From: Patescibacteria group bacterium | GTDB taxonomy: Bacteria; Patescibacteriota; Saccharimonadia; Saccharimonadales; JAZKJC01 | Assembly (NCBI GenBank): GCA_040384565.1 | Contig: JAZKJC010000005.1 | Span: 76,796 to 140,795 of the forward strand | Direction of reading: 5' to 3' | Length of the DNA: 64,000 nt | Shown: positions 55,658 to 64,000 of the stretch, piece after piece | Layout: each line of letters begins with the position of its first letter | Position numbering within the stretch: position 1 is the stretch's first letter | Program-made: the position numbers and the translations under genes | Notes under the pieces: model-generated | The model's input: the letters and a program-made list of their open reading frames with translations, nothing else | The model's database searches: none | Told to the model about the DNA's origin: nothing

Positions 55658-55731
55658 GGCGCGTTGGCCGAAAAGTTAGGCGCAGCTCTGCAAAAGCTGA
55701 TAAACGGGAGCGTTACCCGTACGCGCCTCCA
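55658..55731 (+). tRNA. tRNA-Cys (anticodon GCA) with non-canonical D- and T-loops
   Basis: Acceptor GGCGCGT/ACGCGCC plus the U73 discriminator and CCA. Anticodon stem-loop CAGCT-CTGCAAA-AGCTG. The T-arm ACGGG-AGCGTTA-CCCGT lacks TTC, and the D-loop GAAAAGTTA lacks GG. Confidence 0.65.
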
Positions 55732-55769
55732 TCTTACCTTGCGTAAAGCTACGTAGAATTTGACAAAAT

Positions 55770-55854
55770 GGGCGAGTGCTGGAATGGTAGACAGTCTTGA
55801 CTTAAAATCAAGTGGCCAAAAGCCGTGTGGGTTCGACTCCCACCTCGCCCACCA
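55770..55854 (+). tRNA. tRNA-Leu (anticodon TAA)
   Basis: Acceptor GGGCGAG/CTCGCCC plus A plus CCA; D-arm TGGAATGGTAGACA; anticodon stem-loop CTTGA-CTTAAAA-TCAAG; long variable arm; T-arm TGGGTTCGACTCCCA. Confidence 0.9.
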
Positions 55855-56071
55855 TACTTATTCAACATATAAAATAAACAAAATTAGCAAAACCCTCCCT
55901 GTTAGAGATCAGGCAATATTTTATCAGGCCTCCTTTTTACCTGGCCCTAGCCCACACCACAATGAAAAGTGAAGAAGTTTTTGATTGCACTGAGTCACTG
56001 TTGCTTTTCACATATCCTGCGTATACTATTGAGCTATTGGTTAGAATGGTTCCGATAAGGCACTTATCATA

Positions 56072-57247
56072 ATGCAAAATAAAAATCAGTCTATTATATC
56101 CTTAAGACAACGTTGGTTTTTGAGAATACAGCTTATTGCGGCATCGTTATCTTTATTTGTAGTAATTAGCTCGAGGGCAATACCTTTTATCTTCTCTGGT
56201 GTATGCGATAACGTTCAGGGTTGGGACGGACTTGGTTGTTCACTTTATGGTTTATATATTGGTCGAGTTATTGCCGGCGTGTCCTTAATCGTACTGAGCA
56301 TAGCGCTGTTAAAACGGTTTGTTATTGATAGCCGACATGTGGCCACGCTAATTACCATTCCCTTGGTCGCTTTTATTGCTGCGGCAGTTTTCTCTAACGG
56401 CCTTGATTATGTATCTCCTGATTTTCCCTATGATCTAACAGGTTATGTATTGCTTTTCATTCTCGGCACGATTTTCATTAGTGTCCTAGTACTTTTAGCA
56501 ATACTATTTTTTAGTTATACAAATAAAATCAGTCGAACTGCCGGTTATGTTGCCTGTATTTTACTCGTTCCGACTATATATAATCTTACGCAATTTGTGT
56601 CTACCAGCTTTCGATCTTCTCAACTTATCCAAGAGCAGAAGGAGGAGCTATCCAACCTGTCATTTAAGGTATACCAACCAACATATATTCCAAGTGGGTA
56701 TTATTTATCAACTGGCCTAGCTGGGCCTGGCTTAAGGCCAGGAGGGTTAATTTACACAGAGAAAGGCGAACGTGAACTTCCGATCTCGTCTTACTACAAC
56801 TTTTGGTATAAGTCTACCTTTACTTATGGCGGTGATTCTAGGCAGCCCGAAAACTTCCAACTTTACGAATATGAAGCCAGCACAGACTATAACCCACCAA
56901 GAGATTGCGGCGGCACAATGACAATTATTCAGACAGCGGGAAGGACGGCAGGGGGAGCCGACACGTACGGTGACAAAGACCATCCATGTGAGCTTGTAGG
57001 AAAAGCTGTTAGCGGGTGTGACGTATATTATGAAGAATATTCATGGAAAGAAGGAACTTTTGAAAATACTAGCTTATATGGTTATTGCAAGCTAGGTTCA
57101 ACAGTTACAGTCATCACAGCCGATAATAGACATGCGAAAAAACAAAATGTTCCTCAAAAAGCAGAAATGATAAAAATATTCGATTCACTCAAAGAACTGA
57201 CCCAACAACAACTAGAAAATTACGCCTCAGAAGACAGTAAAAATTGA
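56072..57247 (+). CDS. Hypothetical membrane protein with extracytoplasmic C-terminal domain (391 aa)
   Basis: About five N-terminal TM segments are followed by a soluble Cys-containing domain of roughly 200 aa. No family recognised. Confidence 0.55.
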   Translation: MQNKNQSIISLRQRWFLRIQLIAASLSLFVVISSRAIPFIFSGVCDNVQGWDGLGCSLYGLYIGRVIAGVSLIVLSIALLKRFVIDSRHVATLITIPLVAFIAAAVFSNGLDYVSPDFPYDLTGYVLLFILGTIFISVLVLLAILFFSYTNKISRTAGYVACILLVPTIYNLTQFVSTSFRSSQLIQEQKEELSNLSFKVYQPTYIPSGYYLSTGLAGPGLRPGGLIYTEKGERELPISSYYNFWYKSTFTYGGDSRQPENFQLYEYEASTDYNPPRDCGGTMTIIQTAGRTAGGADTYGDKDHPCELVGKAVSGCDVYYEEYSWKEGTFENTSLYGYCKLGSTVTVITADNRHAKKQNVPQKAEMIKIFDSLKELTQQQLENYASEDSKN

Positions 57248-57492
57248 AAATAGCCAGCTTCAAGATTGCTAAGTTGGCTTATAAACTTTGTAGCGGAGAA
57301 CTACCTCTAGATTCAGGTTCAAATGTAATTGTCGTCAATAATATGCTAGAAAATAGGACAGAAAATGAGGAATATCTTTACTCCTATAATGTAGACAACC
57401 TTAAGCTAAACAAACTTACCTGAAGATTACTAAGTTTTTGCCAATTACAGTGCTATACTTAGAATACATAAATAAACGGGGGTTTTACTGAG

Positions 57493-58056
57493 ATGTCACC
57501 ACTTATTCTAATCGGCATTATTATAGTCGTAATTGTTATTGCTGGCATTGCAATGTACAACGCATTGGTCCGGCTTAATGTACGCGTTGACGAGGCGTGG
57601 AGCGACATAACTGTCCAACTTAAACGTCGTGCCGATCTGATACCAAACCTTGTCAGCACCGTTAAGGGCTATGCCACGCATGAAAAGAGCGTATTTGAGG
57701 AAGTTACCGCAGCCAGAGCCAATATGCTTAACGCCGGTAGCCCAAAACAAGCAGCTGAGGCTGAGAACCAGTTCCAAGCAGCCCTTAAAAGCATTTTTGC
57801 GGTTGCTGAGGCCTACCCAGACCTAAAAGCTAGTGAGAACTTTAAAGAATTACAAGCAGAATTAACAGATACTGAGGACAAAATTCAAGCTGCCAGGCGC
57901 TTTTATAACGGTTCCGCGCGTGACCTTAACATCAAGATCAAGACCTTTCCTACTAATATCTTTGCCGGATCACTTGGGTTCAAAGAGCGTGAGTTTTTTG
58001 AAGTCGATGAAGCCGAAGAAGCTAAGATTCAAAATCCAGTCGACGTCAAATTTTAA
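57493..58056 (+). CDS. lemA: LemA family protein
   Basis: An N-terminal TM segment is followed by YN.LV.L...V.EAWS.I.VQLKRRADLIPNLV..VKGYA.HE, which is diagnostic for LemA. Confidence 0.9.
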   Translation: MSPLILIGIIIVVIVIAGIAMYNALVRLNVRVDEAWSDITVQLKRRADLIPNLVSTVKGYATHEKSVFEEVTAARANMLNAGSPKQAAEAENQFQAALKSIFAVAEAYPDLKASENFKELQAELTDTEDKIQAARRFYNGSARDLNIKIKTFPTNIFAGSLGFKEREFFEVDEAEEAKIQNPVDVKF

Positions 58057-58073
58057 TCTGAGGTTGAACCCCA

Positions 58074-58941
58074 ATGTATAGCCAAATTGCTGCCAATAAG
58101 CGCAAGACAGTGTTTATGATGATACTATTTGTAGCTTTAGTGGCAGGTTTGGGCTGGCTTTTTGGGCAATATAGTGGCCAGCCCTTTATTACCCCATACG
58201 TATTTATTGGGGCGGCTGTATATGCTGGGCTAAGCTATTTTGCCGGATCCAAAATGGCACTTGGCATGAATGGCGCTCACCCAATTGAGAAAAAAGACAA
58301 CCCTAGGCTGTGGCGAATCGTAGAAAACCTGAGTATTACAGAAGGACTTCCCATGCCCAAGATCTACATTATTGATGATCCGGCTCCCAATGCCTTTGCT
58401 ACTGGACGCAATCCTAACACTGCCATTGTAGGGGCCACGACTGGGTTATTAGAAATTATGGACGACAAGGAACTAGAGGGCGTCATGGCTCACGAGCTTG
58501 GCCACGTCAAAAATTACGACATAAGAGTCTCTATGGTAGCGTTCGCGCTGGTTGCGGTCATTTCTATTCTTGCCGACATTATGCTCCGGATGACATGGTT
58601 CCGTGACCGGGATGACGATAATAGTAGTGGTGGGCAAATCTTCTTTGTCCTGGGGATAGTGGCGGCAATTCTGGCGCCAATTATCGCGACTATGATTCAG
58701 CTGGCCATATCAAGGCGACGCGAATATCTGGCTGATGCGACAGGGGCTCTGGCAACACGCTATCCTGAAGGTTTGGCAAGCGCGCTGGAAAAAATTGGCC
58801 AATACGGCAGCGTACTTAAAAAACAGAATCCATCTACGGCACACATGTTTTTCTCTAACCCGCTACGCGGACGGGGTATGATGCAATTATTTAGTACCCA
58901 TCCACCCGTAGCAGACCGGGTCAAGATTCTTCGGGGAATGA

Positions 58942-58955
<14 letters not shown>
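58074..58955 (+). CDS. htpX: Zinc metalloprotease HtpX (M48 family)
   Basis: HELGHV zinc motif, PNAFATG, four TM segments and a C-terminal STHPP..RV. Confidence 0.9.
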
Positions 58956-61946
<2,991 letters not shown>

Positions 61947-61949
61947 ATT

Positions 61950-62495
61950 ATGAGCAAGGTAGTATTTGTGACGGGGAATCAGTACAAAGCAGACTATTTT
62001 GCCAAACTGGCGGGCGTGCAGGTAGATCACCGTGCAGTTGAGTATCATGAAATTCAGAGTCTCGACCTAAAGCTGGTTGCCACCGAAAAAGCCAAGGCGG
62101 CATACCAGGCGCTAAATAAGCCAGTAATTATAGAAGACACGGCACTTACTATACGTTCTATGGGCGATTTGCCCGGACCACTTATCAAATGGTTTATAGA
62201 GGAGCTAGGATTTGAAAAACTTTGCCGTCTGGCGGATTTTGATCCGGACCGTTCCGCCGTAGCCTCTAGTATGTATGTCTGTTACGACGGTAAAAACTTG
62301 AAATATTTTAGCGGTGAACTTGAAGGCTCAATAGCAGATCATCCAAGCGGCACATCTGGCTTTGGCTGGAACCGGACGTTTATACCGGCAGGTCAGGGCT
62401 TAACTCTAGGCGAAATGCCCGACGTTATGTTTCAGGAGTACTACCTTAAGGTCAAACCACTCGACAAAATCGGAGAATTCATCCGCTCTCTGTAA
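61950..62495 (+). CDS. Non-canonical purine NTP pyrophosphatase (Ham1/RdgB/ITPase family)
   Basis: VVFVTGNQYK at the N-terminus, EDTAL, and FGWNRTFIP-type C-terminal motifs. Confidence 0.7.
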   Translation: MSKVVFVTGNQYKADYFAKLAGVQVDHRAVEYHEIQSLDLKLVATEKAKAAYQALNKPVIIEDTALTIRSMGDLPGPLIKWFIEELGFEKLCRLADFDPDRSAVASSMYVCYDGKNLKYFSGELEGSIADHPSGTSGFGWNRTFIPAGQGLTLGEMPDVMFQEYYLKVKPLDKIGEFIRSL

Positions 62496-62507
62496 GCTTG
62501 GTTAAAA

Positions 62508-63449
62508 TCATTCGACTAATTCGGCAAAAGTGAAGCTTGCATCACGGGGAGTTAGGACTCTTTTCTCAAGACTGCCATTGCGGTAATGTCGTGCATACAC
62601 GCTACGTCTGCCATCTCTACCCCCAACTACAACAGAAGCCCGTCCGTCAACGATCTCTAAGGCTGCATTGTTATCTATCCCCAGCCCGAGCTCACCAAGT
62701 TTACGCCGCTTGTACATCATTTTGCAAAAGCTTTCTTTCCTGGATATTCTGGACTGATTTGCGGAGTGGCTGTCATAATGCGGAGCTGCGACGCTGTTGC
62801 TAATATAACTCAGCCCTTTCATGTAGTGATAACTTTCGGGCTTAGTTAGATCTCGACTGGTTTGCAAGCTTGATGAATCAGAGAGGCAGCCATCGAACCA
62901 AACTAGAGCTCCTGCGCTAGTACCAGACATAACCACACCCCGCTCAATAGCTTTAGCCAGCATTTCAACAATGCCGTGCGGTCTCCACACTTGATTAAGC
63001 ATGCGATTGGTGTCTGCCCCAAGCACAAAAACAAGGTCTGCAGCTTCAATTTTTTCGCTCATTTCATTGCTGAGAGGTAATCTAGACAAATCTATGGGCA
63101 AATCTTCTAGCCTGGGTCGCTTAAGATTATGTGGTTGATACAAAAAAGGATGCAGCACCGCCGCCGTTGCAACTTTGCCATAATAATTCAGGTAGCGCCG
63201 GCTTACATTATTGACACCAGTCTCAGATCGCCAGCGGGCCGAGGGGATGATCAGAACATTTGGACTTTGCTGTCCCGTCATTTCAAGACCAGCGTCCAAC
63301 AGGATATTGCTGGAATGCGGATCCTGATAGTCGTGTGCGGGGTCGCCGCCTATAAGCACACCCCTAAAATTAGGGTTTATTTGCGGCGCTGGGAAGACAG
63401 CGGGGGCTACTACAGTATCCGTAGAGTGCATTATGTTATCATAGCACAA
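62508..63449 (-). CDS. Peptidase S51 family (dipeptidase E / cyanophycinase-like)
   Basis: The nucleophile context VMSGTSAGALVW is followed by APHYDSH, and the fold has the expected size. Confidence 0.6.
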   Translation of the reverse strand: MCYDNIMHSTDTVVAPAVFPAPQINPNFRGVLIGGDPAHDYQDPHSSNILLDAGLEMTGQQSPNVLIIPSARWRSETGVNNVSRRYLNYYGKVATAAVLHPFLYQPHNLKRPRLEDLPIDLSRLPLSNEMSEKIEAADLVFVLGADTNRMLNQVWRPHGIVEMLAKAIERGVVMSGTSAGALVWFDGCLSDSSSLQTSRDLTKPESYHYMKGLSYISNSVAAPHYDSHSANQSRISRKESFCKMMYKRRKLGELGLGIDNNAALEIVDGRASVVVGGRDGRRSVYARHYRNGSLEKRVLTPRDASFTFAELVE

Positions 63450-63547
63450 AATACAAATAAATACAAATTTAACAGTTCAGATTTTATCGCATGCGACAAT
63501 AAAAATTATCTTGATAAATGTTATAAAAATTGTTACAATTTTTAATT

Positions 63548-63763
63548 ATGACGACATTAAGCGTTTCACTAGATGAAGAGCTGAAAAAGGAAATCGAAAG
63601 ATTCTCTAAAGAAGACGGCGTGTCAAAAAGCGTTGTCGTCCGTCGCTTGTTAAAACAGGCCGCCTGGGAAAGAACCTGGAAAGACATGTCAAGCCAATTA
63701 CGCAAAAAATTTGATGAACTGAATTTTACCACCGTTGACGACATAGAAAAATATTTGGGATGA
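63548..63763 (+). CDS. Ribbon-helix-helix (CopG-like) antitoxin
   Basis: MTTLSVSLDEELKKEIERFSKEDGVSKSVVVRRLL is an RHH beta-strand plus helix pattern. Its stop overlaps the downstream ATG (ATGA). Confidence 0.7.
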   Translation: MTTLSVSLDEELKKEIERFSKEDGVSKSVVVRRLLKQAAWERTWKDMSSQLRKKFDELNFTTVDDIEKYLG

Positions 63764-64000
63764 AACCCATCCGTGTGGTTCTGGACACAAATGTCTATAT
63801 TGCGGCTGCCCTAAACCCGCAAAGCATCATCTACAAAATTGTTGAAGACTCAGCCGCGCAATATCTGGCTGCTTACTACACTTCGCCGGAAATACTGCAT
63901 GAACTACAAAACAAGCTTGAAAATAAATTTCAGTTCTCCCGATCTGATGTTGTGCGCTGGATAAGCCGAATAGAGGAAGCTGTGACAGTTCTGCGCCCAA
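63760..64000 (+). CDS. PIN-family toxin (3' end outside window)
   Basis: IRVVLDTNVYIAAALNP..., typical of the PIN family of TA toxin components. The frame stays open to the window end. Confidence 0.7.
   Translation, partial: MKPIRVVLDTNVYIAAALNPQSIIYKIVEDSAAQYLAAYYTSPEILHELQNKLENKFQFSRSDVVRWISRIEEAVTVLRP

Noticed and set aside
55760-55972. 70-aa ORF; ORFs 40374-40698 and 45715-45948 are similar cases
   Set aside because: They overlap tRNA-Leu-TAA, tRNA-Leu-GAG and the hicA domain respectively, and are six-frame artefacts.

Overview
The window is a gene-dense bacterial chromosome segment read with the standard genetic code. From gene content and style it probably belongs to a small-genome Patescibacteria/CPR organism resembling Saccharibacteria; this is inference, not proof. 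Recognisable genes include uvrA (3' end), dedA, a PaaX-like regulator, rplY, five tandem ABC exporters, trhO, a class A PBP, a HAD phosphatase, uvrC, an SGNH hydrolase, pepP, secG, a peptide-type substrate-binding protein and a GlcD-like oxidase. Further along are an SPFH protein, lepB, a two-component pair, yhhQ, lemA-htpX, ligA, an ITPase and an S51 peptidase. Seven tRNA genes all encode CCA: Leu-GAG, Leu-CAG, Val-TAC, Phe-GAA, Gly-GCC, Cys-GCA and Leu-TAA. I recognised no rRNA, CRISPR array, integrase, transposase or reverse transcriptase. Two accessory regions stand out. (1) About 17.85-33.76 kb, between the PBP gene and the HAD/uvrC genes, holds 13 ORFs, only one with recognisable domains (a membrane-anchored M23 endopeptidase plus GH19-like muramidase). 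The others are paralogous membrane-anchored or secreted proteins with Thr/Pro-rich stalks and conserved cysteines, plus three large soluble orphan proteins. Two of the paralogs share a perfect 539-bp repeat covering the promoter and the first 167 codons. This is my best candidate for an undescribed cell-surface or host-interaction system. (2) About 44.4-50.1 kb, downstream of tRNA-Gly, is a same-strand cassette-like array with hicB/hicA (frameshifted), brnT/brnA and phd/vapC. It also carries a duplicated tRNA-Gly 3' end and a recurring 103-bp imperfect-palindrome element at cassette ends. Several long rod-like inverted-repeat elements and a scrambled tRNA-Phe pseudo-copy lie next to tRNA genes. 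All calls rest on reading the sequence and ORF translations by eye; no database search was run.
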